Source: Parcubacteria group bacterium M10-OD1-1 | Lineage (GTDB): Bacteria > Patescibacteriota > Minisyncoccia > Moranbacterales > UBA2206 | Direction: 5' to 3' | Length of the DNA: 64,000 nucleotides | NCBI GenBank assembly: GCA_003056145.1 | Contig: LSNL01000003.1 | Span: 73,993 to 137,992, forward strand | Shown: positions 50,599-59,239 of the stretch, one piece after another | Numbering within the stretch: position 1 is the stretch's first letter | How the letters are laid out: the number at the start of each line of letters is the position of its first letter | Made by a program: the position numbers and the translations under genes | The notes under the pieces: generated by a model | The model's database searches: none | Told to the model about the DNA's origin: nothing | What the model saw: only the letters and a program-made list of their open reading frames with translations

Positions 50599-51279
50599 AT
50601 GAATAAATTTATTCCTAGGGCAGTCATTTATTTAGGTTTATTTTGTCTGTTAATTGGGATTAGTTTTTTCCCTAATGTTGCGTTGGGTATTGGACCACCA
50701 CCACCACCACCACCAGTAACTCATACTGATAGATTTGTATGTGCTCCTGACGGTCAGACACCTGTTGTTATATTAAAATCATACGAAAGTGGGGTTGATT
50801 ATAATTTGTCGGTATGTGCTCCGGGTCCATTTTTAAATGCTACTGCATGTTACAATCAAGATGACCATGTGTATACTTGTGCGCTATCTTCATCAGATTA
50901 TGATAGCCAAGACAATGAATGCAAATCGGTTGATTTTGATTATACTCCTGTCGTAGCTTCAAGTTGCTCTGGAATCGATAAGTTTACTTGTAATGCTGGA
51001 TATACATATAGTAGCGGTACCTGTTGGTCAGCTTGGACCCCTTTGGCTAGTACAGTATGCTTGGGAGTTTCTTTTACTCAAACAAGAACGGATGGTTACG
51101 GAGATATACAAACACAAACTGCCGTTGGTACTAAAACTAGTTCAATTTGGACACCACCTGAAGATACCGTTTGCAATGGACGTATTTTTCAACAGGTAGG
51201 TGACTGCGGGGACCTAAAAGTAACAAAATCAGTAGGTACTAGAAGTTGTGGCTGGAGAGAAGTGAATCCATCTTTCTAA
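50599..51279 (+). CDS. Secreted Cys/Ser/Thr-rich protein with a polyproline linker
   Basis: Signal peptide, PPPPPPP, then 16 Cys in a region that is locally GC-richer. Confidence 0.5.
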   Translation: MNKFIPRAVIYLGLFCLLIGISFFPNVALGIGPPPPPPPVTHTDRFVCAPDGQTPVVILKSYESGVDYNLSVCAPGPFLNATACYNQDDHVYTCALSSSDYDSQDNECKSVDFDYTPVVASSCSGIDKFTCNAGYTYSSGTCWSAWTPLASTVCLGVSFTQTRTDGYGDIQTQTAVGTKTSSIWTPPEDTVCNGRIFQQVGDCGDLKVTKSVGTRSCGWREVNPSF

Positions 51280-51358
51280 TTAAAGCTCTCATTCGTAAAA
51301 GCAGAATAGCTACTCAATATCTGAATTAGTTACAAAATTATTTTTATTCTTTATTTAT

Positions 51359-51862
51359 ATGAAAAATCATCAAAGTATCAAAACTAAAAAAAATCTTAAA
51401 AAAAATGAAATTAGCTTTTTATTGAAGACTGATATTTATCCAAAATATATTATCTATAAAGCTTGTTATACTTTTATTGATCGGGTGTATATTTATTTGG
51501 ATAAACATACTAAAGAAGATATAAAAGTTACTTTAAAGGGTAAAAATAAATTAAAAGATAAGGATATAGATTCATTAAAAGGATTATTCCTTAACGAATT
51601 ATTAAATGTAATTTTAAGAGAAAATATTACCAAAAGGAATAAAAAGATATTAGAGTATATTGTTGGTGGAGCTATTAATGCTTCTTTGGAAAATAATAAA
51701 TTAGTAGAGTTGGAGAATAAAAGTAAAGACCAGCTAGATAAGAAAGAATCAGAAGAAGATATTAATGTTGAAAAAGAGATAGCAATTTTAAAAAAAGAAT
51801 TGGAGAAAATGGAAGAAGAAGATTTTGAAAATGATTCTCTTGGAATTAAAGAAGTCTGTTAG
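51359..51862 (+). CDS. Hypothetical Lys-rich protein with a coiled-coil C-terminus
   Basis: ORF only. Confidence 0.35.
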   Translation: MKNHQSIKTKKNLKKNEISFLLKTDIYPKYIIYKACYTFIDRVYIYLDKHTKEDIKVTLKGKNKLKDKDIDSLKGLFLNELLNVILRENITKRNKKILEYIVGGAINASLENNKLVELENKSKDQLDKKESEEDINVEKEIAILKKELEKMEEEDFENDSLGIKEVC

Positions 51863-51888
51863 TTTTTAAGTAGATAAAAAAGATAAGG

Positions 51889-52119
51889 ATGAAAAAAAGA
51901 TTAACGAAAAAAATGAAATTTAGTTGCAGTTTATATAGCCAGCAAAGCGTTGAAAAGACCATTGATAATTTTAGAGATGGTAACCAAGATATTGAATTTA
52001 AATTTAAGAGAATTAAAGGATATGTAGAAATAGTAATTAATTATTCAAATTCAAAATTAGTTAACGAAGAATTTATAAATGAATTTTCTAATTATTTATT
52101 ATTTCTTAATATTAAATAA
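51889..52119 (+). CDS. Small hypothetical protein (76 aa) immediately upstream of an rSAM/SPASM gene
   Basis: ORF abutting the 52122 start by 2 nt. Candidate partner or precursor. Confidence 0.3.
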   Translation: MKKRLTKKMKFSCSLYSQQSVEKTIDNFRDGNQDIEFKFKRIKGYVEIVINYSNSKLVNEEFINEFSNYLLFLNIK

Positions 52120-52121
52120 AA

Positions 52122-53600
52122 ATGAAAACTAAAAATAAAGAGATGAAAGTTTCTAAGATAGGTAATTTTAGATTCAAAGAATTTAAAAATAAAGTTCTTA
52201 TTACAAATGATGGAGGAGATTGGATGTGGCTTAGCTCAGATAATTTTAGTAAGTTATCAACAGGAGAAATTAAAAAAGATAATCGGATATATCAAGAACT
52301 AGTCAAGAAAAATTTTGTAGATGTTGATAAAAAAAAAGTAATAAAGTTGGCCAGAAAATATTTGCGATTAAATCAAACAGTTTTTCAAGGTACTTCTTTA
52401 TTTATTATCGTTTTAACGTTGCGATGTAATCACCGTTGTCTTTATTGTCAGGCTATACCAGAACATCCTAGCAAAAAAGGGTTTGATATGGATAAGGAGC
52501 AAGCAAGAAAAGTAGTAGATTTAATTTTTTGTACGCCTTCTCATTATGTTAATATTGAATTTCAAGGAGGAGAACCTCTTTTGAATTGGGAAATCTTAAA
52601 ATATATAACTAAATATGCTAAAAAAGTTAATAAAGAAAAGAAAAAGGATTTAGGAATTAGTTTAGTGTCTAATCTAACTTTATTAAACGATGAAAAATTA
52701 AAGTATTTATTAGACAACAATATAAGTATTAGTTGTTCTTTTGATGGACCTTCATATGTTCATAATAAAAATAGGCTTTATTTAGAGGATAATAATGGTC
52801 ATAAGGCAGTTGTAGCTAAAATAATCAAAGTTCAAAAAGCGATTAAAGCTAAGAAGAAAATAAATAAAAATAAATTCGTTGATCAACTTAATGCCGTTTT
52901 AACCGTTAGTCGTTTCGCACTTCCTTATCCTAAAAAAATTGTTGATGAGTATTTAAAAAGAGGATTTGGAAATATTTTTATTAGACCCTTAAGTCCTTTC
53001 GGGTTAGAAAGGAAAACTTTAGATATAATCGGTTATAAGGCGGAAGATTTTATCAAGTTCTATATAAAGATGATGGACTATATTCTAAAAATTAATTTAG
53101 AAAAAAAAATGTTCATAGAGAGGACTACTTTCTATGCTTTGAAGAAAATTATACAACAAGAAGATCCTGGATATTATGAAATGAGATCTCCCTGTGGAGC
53201 TGGTATTGGACAGATGGCGTTTGATTATGATGGTAGGATATTCACTTGTGATGAAGGAAGAATGGCAGCTAGAATGGGTTATGATAATTTTATGCTAGGT
53301 GATGTTAATGAAAATGATAATAGGGAAGGTTATAATAAATTGATTGATAATGAAGTTACTAAAACTATGTGTCTAGCTTCATCATTAGATAATTATACTG
53401 AATGTCAAAATTGTCCGTACAAACCATATTGTGGAACTTGTCCTCTAGCAAATTTTATTGAATTCGGAACAATTATGCCTCAAATTTCTAATACTGATCG
53501 TTGTAAAATAAATAAGGCGATGTTTGATTATATCTTTTTAAAAATGAAAAATGAAAAATACCGAGCTATTTTTAACAGTTGGTTGGAAAATTCAAAGTAG
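52122..53600 (+). CDS. Radical SAM/SPASM peptide-modifying enzyme with an about 90-aa N-terminal extension
   Basis: LRCNHRCLYCQ, QGGEPLL, C-terminal CGAGIGQ...CDEG...CQNCPYKPYCGTCP (SPASM auxiliary-cluster Cys). Confidence 0.85.
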   Translation: MKTKNKEMKVSKIGNFRFKEFKNKVLITNDGGDWMWLSSDNFSKLSTGEIKKDNRIYQELVKKNFVDVDKKKVIKLARKYLRLNQTVFQGTSLFIIVLTLRCNHRCLYCQAIPEHPSKKGFDMDKEQARKVVDLIFCTPSHYVNIEFQGGEPLLNWEILKYITKYAKKVNKEKKKDLGISLVSNLTLLNDEKLKYLLDNNISISCSFDGPSYVHNKNRLYLEDNNGHKAVVAKIIKVQKAIKAKKKINKNKFVDQLNAVLTVSRFALPYPKKIVDEYLKRGFGNIFIRPLSPFGLERKTLDIIGYKAEDFIKFYIKMMDYILKINLEKKMFIERTTFYALKKIIQQEDPGYYEMRSPCGAGIGQMAFDYDGRIFTCDEGRMAARMGYDNFMLGDVNENDNREGYNKLIDNEVTKTMCLASSLDNYTECQNCPYKPYCGTCPLANFIEFGTIMPQISNTDRCKINKAMFDYIFLKMKNEKYRAIFNSWLENSK

Positions 53601-53603
53601 TTT

Positions 53604-54764
53604 ATGAAATCAAAAAGTCAAATCAGTAGAAAGAATGATATACCTGAAAGCCTAAATTTATTTTTTACTGACAGATGTAATTTGGACTGTCAATATTGTT
53701 TTGTTAATAAAAATGGACATAAAGAAAATACTTTAGAGGAAGATTCTTTAAAGAAAAGTGTTGATTTGTTATTGGAATATCCTCAAGCAGAGAAAATGAT
53801 TAGTTTCAGTGGAGGGGAACCAATATTAGAATTTTCATTATTAAAGAATATTTGTGACTATGCTAAAAAAAAAGCGTTGCAAAAAAGAAAAAAGTTGCAT
53901 ATGTTTGTTGCTACTAATGGGACACTTCTAAATCAAAAGATAGTAGATTATTTTTCGAAAAATAATATTGCTATTAAAATTAGTCTTGATGGTAGTAAGG
54001 AAACCCATGATAAAAACCGTTCCTTTAAAAATCAATCTCATCTGTCTAGTTTTAAGCAAATAATGGACAATTTAGCTAGTATTGATACTAGTCGATTAAA
54101 TGTTTCAATTTCTATGGTTTTTACTCCCGAAACAATAGATAATCTTTTAGATAATATTAAATTTTTAAATAAAAAATCATTTACTGCTATTAATTTTTAT
54201 CCAGATTTATATGCAAATTGGAAAAAAAATGACTTAATTAAATTTAAACAAACATTTAATAAATTCGCAATTTATTATGTCAATCTCTTTGACCAAAATA
54301 AAGTAAATAATATTTTTAAAAATTATTTTTTGGATTCTATCTTTAACAAAGTGAATAGCAATAAGATGAGTAATTGTGATAAACTAAACTTAAGTTCGTC
54401 AGGTCAATTTTATGTTTGTGATAAAGTTCTTTCTATTAAGGACGTTAAACGAAAAAATTATATCATTGGAAATGTTAAACAAGGTGTTAATAATCAGAAA
54501 AGGATAGAATCTTTAAGAAAAATCAGGGATGATTTTTTGAAAACTAGTAAGCTGAATTGTGAGAAGTGTCAGTATTATGAATATTGTTTCTGTCCAATAG
54601 GACATTATATTTATTTCTCGAATAGTATAGAGAAAAATAAAAATGATTATTGGAAAAATTTTTGTTTTATATCCCGAAACTATAGTAAGATTTTTCTAGC
54701 TATAAATAAATCATTAGAAGATAACAAAAAATATATCAAAATATATAAACAAAATAAGTTGTAG
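53604..54764 (+). CDS. Radical SAM/SPASM peptide-modifying enzyme
   Basis: TDRCNLDCQYCF, SGGEPIL, C-terminal CEKCQYYEYCFCPIGH. Confidence 0.85.
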   Translation: MKSKSQISRKNDIPESLNLFFTDRCNLDCQYCFVNKNGHKENTLEEDSLKKSVDLLLEYPQAEKMISFSGGEPILEFSLLKNICDYAKKKALQKRKKLHMFVATNGTLLNQKIVDYFSKNNIAIKISLDGSKETHDKNRSFKNQSHLSSFKQIMDNLASIDTSRLNVSISMVFTPETIDNLLDNIKFLNKKSFTAINFYPDLYANWKKNDLIKFKQTFNKFAIYYVNLFDQNKVNNIFKNYFLDSIFNKVNSNKMSNCDKLNLSSSGQFYVCDKVLSIKDVKRKNYIIGNVKQGVNNQKRIESLRKIRDDFLKTSKLNCEKCQYYEYCFCPIGHYIYFSNSIEKNKNDYWKNFCFISRNYSKIFLAINKSLEDNKKYIKIYKQNKL

Positions 54765-54799
54765 TATTTTTTAAAAGTGGTATAATAAAAAAGTAATAG

Positions 54800-55090
54800 T
54801 TGTTATATAATCCTATGAAAAGAATAAATAATAAGTTTCCAAAAATAAAAAAAGAATTAAAGACTTTTTTATTAAGCGAAGAGGGAAAAATTGTTGAGAA
54901 AGATGCTATTAAATTAGGAATCGCATTAATTGCAGTCGCTGGAATTTTAAGCGGAGTAATGAAAATTAAGGATGTTCACGCAGGAACTTGTGCTCACGTA
55001 TCTCATGGTTCTCATGGTTCTCATGGTTCTCATGGCTCTCATGGCTCTCATGGCTCTCATGGTTCTCATTCTCAAGGTGGTTGGTGTTAA
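54800..55090 (+). CDS. His-Xaa-Ser repeat peptide, a candidate RiPP precursor: leader with a hydrophobic helix plus CAHV-(SHG)7-SHSQGGWC
   Basis: Seven perfect SHG triplets flanked by Cys at the extreme C-terminus. Located between two rSAM/SPASM pairs. Confidence 0.7.
   Translation: MLYNPMKRINNKFPKIKKELKTFLLSEEGKIVEKDAIKLGIALIAVAGILSGVMKIKDVHAGTCAHVSHGSHGSHGSHGSHGSHGSHGSHSQGGWC
55001..55069. repeat. 9-bp tandem repeat (tctcatggy x7) encoding (SHG)7
   Basis: Read from the sequence. The third position of Gly alternates t/c. Confidence 0.85.
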
Positions 55091-55120
55091 TCTGGCTATT
55101 TAATTTTTAAAATAATTAAA

Positions 55121-56026
55121 ATGAAAAGAAAAATAATTATTGGAGCAATTGTCATTTTATTGCTAGTGATTTTAAGTGCATTGGGACTATTTTTTCTTCG
55201 AGACAATAATCAGACAAGTAATTCTATAAATAATCCTAAAGAACAAACAAGCAATAATATTAAAGCAGGTAACCAAATAAATAATAGTATTAATTTTAAT
55301 AACCAAAAAAACAATAATATCAAAACAGGAAAAATTTTTAAAAGGAGTAACTTACAAGATTGTCAACAAAATTTATTAAAGGATAATTATACTCAGAATG
55401 ATTTTAGTTTAGAATATTATTATGTAGTCAAATCATTTTTAAACAAGAATCAAAAATTTTGTAAATTACTCAGAAATAAAGATTCGGTAGATAATTGTAA
55501 TAATATATATAGTTTGTATGTATCCTTAGCTAATAATAACTGCCAAAGCATTAAAAATAATAAAACTGCTTATTCGTTTTGTTTAGCAAATTCAAAGCAC
55601 AATATTAATCTCTGTCCAACAGAAAATAAAGATTCTCAGCAGATTTGTCAAGCAATTACGAAAGGAGATGAAACAATGTGTCAAGGGCTAAAAGATACAA
55701 AGACTGATCACACTTTAAATCGATGTCGGAATGAAGTTTATTTAGCTAAGGCAGTTGAAAATAAAAATGTTTCTTTATGTCAAAAAATTAAAGCAATCAA
55801 TCCACAGGGATCTGCCGAAAAGTTTATTTGCGATGTTTTCACTGGAGATAGTCAATCTAGTTTAACGAAGGCGCTCAATTCTTTTAAAGAAAATATTTGT
55901 TACGAGCGATACGGAAATGTTACTGCTAAAGAAAAAAATAATAAATCTATTTGTGAAAAAATTCCTTGGAAAAGTGACTTTAGTAAGATAGGATATCAAG
56001 AATGTATTAATCAGTTTAATCAGTAA
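55121..56026 (+). CDS. Membrane-anchored Asn-rich protein with 14 periodically spaced Cys
   Basis: N-terminal TM, then repeated x(10-20)-C-(Q/x) units. Confidence 0.5.
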   Translation: MKRKIIIGAIVILLLVILSALGLFFLRDNNQTSNSINNPKEQTSNNIKAGNQINNSINFNNQKNNNIKTGKIFKRSNLQDCQQNLLKDNYTQNDFSLEYYYVVKSFLNKNQKFCKLLRNKDSVDNCNNIYSLYVSLANNNCQSIKNNKTAYSFCLANSKHNINLCPTENKDSQQICQAITKGDETMCQGLKDTKTDHTLNRCRNEVYLAKAVENKNVSLCQKIKAINPQGSAEKFICDVFTGDSQSSLTKALNSFKENICYERYGNVTAKEKNNKSICEKIPWKSDFSKIGYQECINQFNQ

Positions 56027-56036
56027 TTATAATTTT

Positions 56037-56954
56037 TTGAGAAATAAATATTTAGCTGAAAATGTTTTAAACCTAGCTGATAATTTAGAAGTCTCTCCCT
56101 TAACAATAAAAAAAACCACTTCTTTCTTAAACAAATTAATCAAATTAGATTCTAAAAAGATAACTCAATTTGAGTTATCTTTTAAGGCTAAGAGGCAGCT
56201 TAAAGAAAAAAGAAAAATTCGGATTTTAAATATTGATTCTAAAGCGTATTCTTATTTTAGCCAAAAATTATACACGAAGAGAATAAATGATTATTATTCA
56301 TTAATTCAAGATAATAATAATCCGTGGTTAGCAAGGTTATTCCGTAGTTTATTATCTATTGCAGATAATCCGTTGGATGTTTATATGGGGGCTGATGTAG
56401 AGAACAATTATTGTCTTTATGCATTCTGGCTAATATTTGGAGGTGCTCAAAAAGACGGAAAAATAAGCTTTGTTAAAAACAGCAATGAGCTAATTAACAA
56501 AATATTTAAAACTCTAAAAATAAAACCAGAATTTCCAGTCAGCAAGGACATACTTAATTTAGGATTTGATATTGATAATAGCTCTTTTTTTTATAAAATT
56601 TATTATTTTTTAAATAAAAATAATTATAATACAATTAGTCAAGAAAGCAGGTCGGTAGTACATACTATTATTAAATTTTTGAAAAATAACCATAAGTATT
56701 GGTTTTTTGTCAGCGAAAGATTTGAAGTAGGGAAAAAAAATATCAATAGAAAAAAAATATACCTAGAGTTCTTAGATGATTTAAAAATAAATCAAGAAGA
56801 AACCTATAAATTACTTGACCATCTATTAAAAATAATTGGATGTGATTATAAAATTAAAAAAATAAAATCCCTGCTGAAAAACATCAAAGGAAAAATTGTT
56901 ATTTTGGCGTTTGAGGATGATGGGACAACAACATTTTATATAAGGCTAGATTGA
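56037..56954 (+). CDS. Hypothetical protein (305 aa, TTG start) inside the rSAM cluster
   Basis: ORF only. Its stop (TGA at 56952-56954) abuts the ATG of the next rSAM gene at 56955. Confidence 0.4.
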   Translation: MRNKYLAENVLNLADNLEVSPLTIKKTTSFLNKLIKLDSKKITQFELSFKAKRQLKEKRKIRILNIDSKAYSYFSQKLYTKRINDYYSLIQDNNNPWLARLFRSLLSIADNPLDVYMGADVENNYCLYAFWLIFGGAQKDGKISFVKNSNELINKIFKTLKIKPEFPVSKDILNLGFDIDNSSFFYKIYYFLNKNNYNTISQESRSVVHTIIKFLKNNHKYWFFVSERFEVGKKNINRKKIYLEFLDDLKINQEETYKLLDHLLKIIGCDYKIKKIKSLLKNIKGKIVILAFEDDGTTTFYIRLD

Positions 56955-58046
56955 ATGATGAAGATTAATAAAAAAATTAGTAAAATTAAGTTAACATTAA
57001 CTACTAATTGCAATTTGGCTTGCAATTATTGTTTTGTTAAAAAAACTAACGAAAGGACGTCTTTTGATGTGGCTAAAAAAAGTATTGATTTGCTTTTAAA
57101 CTCTCCTGGCAATGAGAAACTACTTTCTTTATACGGAGGAGAACCTCTTCTAATGTTTAGTTTGATTAAACAAATTGTTGCTTATTCTCAGAAGCTAGCT
57201 AGCAAGAACAAAAAAAAACTCACTATTTCCATTTGCACTAATTTAACTTTTATTAATGAAGAAATTAAAAAGTTTATCAAAGAAAATAGCTTAAAGATTA
57301 CAATTAGTGTCGTCGGTATAGCAAAAGATCATAATAAATTCAGAAGCTTTATTAATGGAGTTGGGTCACATCAGAAAGTTATTGAAAATATTAAAGAAAT
57401 TTTCAAAATTTTACCAGCAGAAAATATCGGCATTTCTTTTGTTGTCCTTCCGGAATTAAGTTCACGGTTATTAGATAATATTCAATATATTAATAATCTA
57501 GAGATAAGTAATAAAAATATTAATTTTGAAATAATTCAAGACTATAAGGAATGGGATAAAAATAGCATAGAGAATTTTAAAAATAGTTATAAAAAAATTA
57601 GTCAAAAACTTTTAAGAAGTATTTCACAAAAGAAAAAAACAACATATTTTAATATAATCAATTGGGAATTAGAGAAAAAGGCAATTAGCCAAAAATTAGG
57701 AAATAGTTGTCCGTTTGAGTATTTATTAGAAATCTATCCTTCTGGAGATATTGCGTTCTCTCCATTTTTGTTAAATAAAAAAAATAAAAAGGATTTTATC
57801 ATTGGCAATGTTAAAGAATTAAAATTAAAAAGATATAATAACTGTCAATATATTAAAAATGATAAAAAATGCCAAAAATGTCAACAAATTTATTTTCAAA
57901 AAAATAAAAGTTTTGATAATGCTAATAAAGTAAAAATGTATTATGATATAATAAGTTTAGCCACTGCTAGAATAATTCAAGAAAAAGGAAAATCAGAGAA
58001 ATCATTTAAAAACTATATTACTGAAGCTAAAAAGCGATGTTTTTAA
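56955..58046 (+). CDS. Radical SAM/SPASM peptide-modifying enzyme
   Basis: TTNCNLACNYCF, YGGEPLL, C-terminal CQKCQQ. Confidence 0.85.
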   Translation: MMKINKKISKIKLTLTTNCNLACNYCFVKKTNERTSFDVAKKSIDLLLNSPGNEKLLSLYGGEPLLMFSLIKQIVAYSQKLASKNKKKLTISICTNLTFINEEIKKFIKENSLKITISVVGIAKDHNKFRSFINGVGSHQKVIENIKEIFKILPAENIGISFVVLPELSSRLLDNIQYINNLEISNKNINFEIIQDYKEWDKNSIENFKNSYKKISQKLLRSISQKKKTTYFNIINWELEKKAISQKLGNSCPFEYLLEIYPSGDIAFSPFLLNKKNKKDFIIGNVKELKLKRYNNCQYIKNDKKCQKCQQIYFQKNKSFDNANKVKMYYDIISLATARIIQEKGKSEKSFKNYITEAKKRCF

Positions 58047-58127
58047 ATTTAATTAGTTAAAAATTTGAAGTGAAATAAATTTTGTAATCGGTGTCTCTAC
58101 AGAGTGGGTTTAAATTAATTTAATAGA

Positions 58128-59237
58128 ATGAATAAATCAATTAATAGTAAAGGAGTTTCTTTTTACCCAAGGCAAATAGATATTTGTTTTAGTGAAAAAT
58201 GCAATTTAGATTGTGATTATTGTTTTGTTAATAAGACAAGCGATAAGGTTTTAGATATTAAAAAAATCAAATCAGCTATAGATATTTTTCTGGATTTTCC
58301 AGGAAAAAATAAAACAATTACTTTCACTACCAGCGAACCATTTATTAATCCGAGGCTTTTTAGAGATTCAATAAAATATATTTTTCAAGAGGTTAAGAAA
58401 AAAAATATCAATATTTTGGTTATTGCAACTACCAATGGAATTCTTTTTAATAGAGAAATGCAGGAGTTTATTAAACGGTTAGATGATAGATTTATACTTA
58501 ATTTTAGTCTAGACGGGAAAGAAGATAGTCATAATGCACACAGAAAAATTAAAAATTCCCAAAGCAATTATTTTGAATTAGCAATTAAAAATTTTAGCAA
58601 TTTTTCTAGAAAAAATGGATATGTTAGAATTATTTCTACTATTGCTTCAGACCAAGTAAATTTTTTGCTGACTAATACTGAATTTATTATTAAACAAGGG
58701 TTCTCATATATTGATTTATTTCCTCAACTGTTTAAAATATGGAGTAAAAAAGAAAGAGATGTTTTAGAGAGCAGTTTAAATTCTATAGTTGATAAAATTA
58801 ATAAAAAAGAGGTAAAATTAGATTTAAGGATTCTAAATAGATTATGGGTAAGCACAGATTATGCAAAAATTATGTTGGGAGCAGATGGAAAATTTTATTT
58901 ATTTGAATGGGTGTTACCATTAAAAGAAAAGCATAGAAAGTTATTCCAAATAGGGGATTATCGGCATATTAATTTAGCCAAAAGAAAAAAATTGTTCGAG
59001 CTATTATTTAATCAGATATCAAAAGTAAATAAATCAAAATGTAGTACTTGTGAATATAATGCTTTTTGTTCAGATCCATTACCACTATATTTGTGGAGTC
59101 TATATAATAAATATGATTTTTTAACCTATTTTAAAAACTTTTGTCAAATTTCTAAAATCATGATCAGGATAAGCAATAGAATTAAAATTAAAAATAGAAC
59201 CGATAAAAGTAAATGGGAAGAAGTTATTAAAAAATAA
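58128..59237 (+). CDS. Radical SAM protein with a degenerate SAM-binding (GGE) motif
   Basis: SEKCNLDCDYCF is present, but the GGEP position reads TTSEPFI. C-terminal CSTCEYNAFC. Confidence 0.7.
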   Translation: MNKSINSKGVSFYPRQIDICFSEKCNLDCDYCFVNKTSDKVLDIKKIKSAIDIFLDFPGKNKTITFTTSEPFINPRLFRDSIKYIFQEVKKKNINILVIATTNGILFNREMQEFIKRLDDRFILNFSLDGKEDSHNAHRKIKNSQSNYFELAIKNFSNFSRKNGYVRIISTIASDQVNFLLTNTEFIIKQGFSYIDLFPQLFKIWSKKERDVLESSLNSIVDKINKKEVKLDLRILNRLWVSTDYAKIMLGADGKFYLFEWVLPLKEKHRKLFQIGDYRHINLAKRKKLFELLFNQISKVNKSKCSTCEYNAFCSDPLPLYLWSLYNKYDFLTYFKNFCQISKIMIRISNRIKIKNRTDKSKWEEVIKK

Positions 59238-59239
59238 AT

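Noticed and set aside
50694-50714. The (cca)7 run as a possible regulatory or slippage repeat
   Set aside because: In-frame within 50599..51279, encoding a polyproline linker. Retained only as part of that protein description.
55001-55069. Tandem 9-bp repeats considered as a possible CRISPR or microsatellite
   Set aside because: The unit is far too short for CRISPR, has no spacers, and lies in frame within a CDS encoding (SHG)7. It is treated as a coding repeat.
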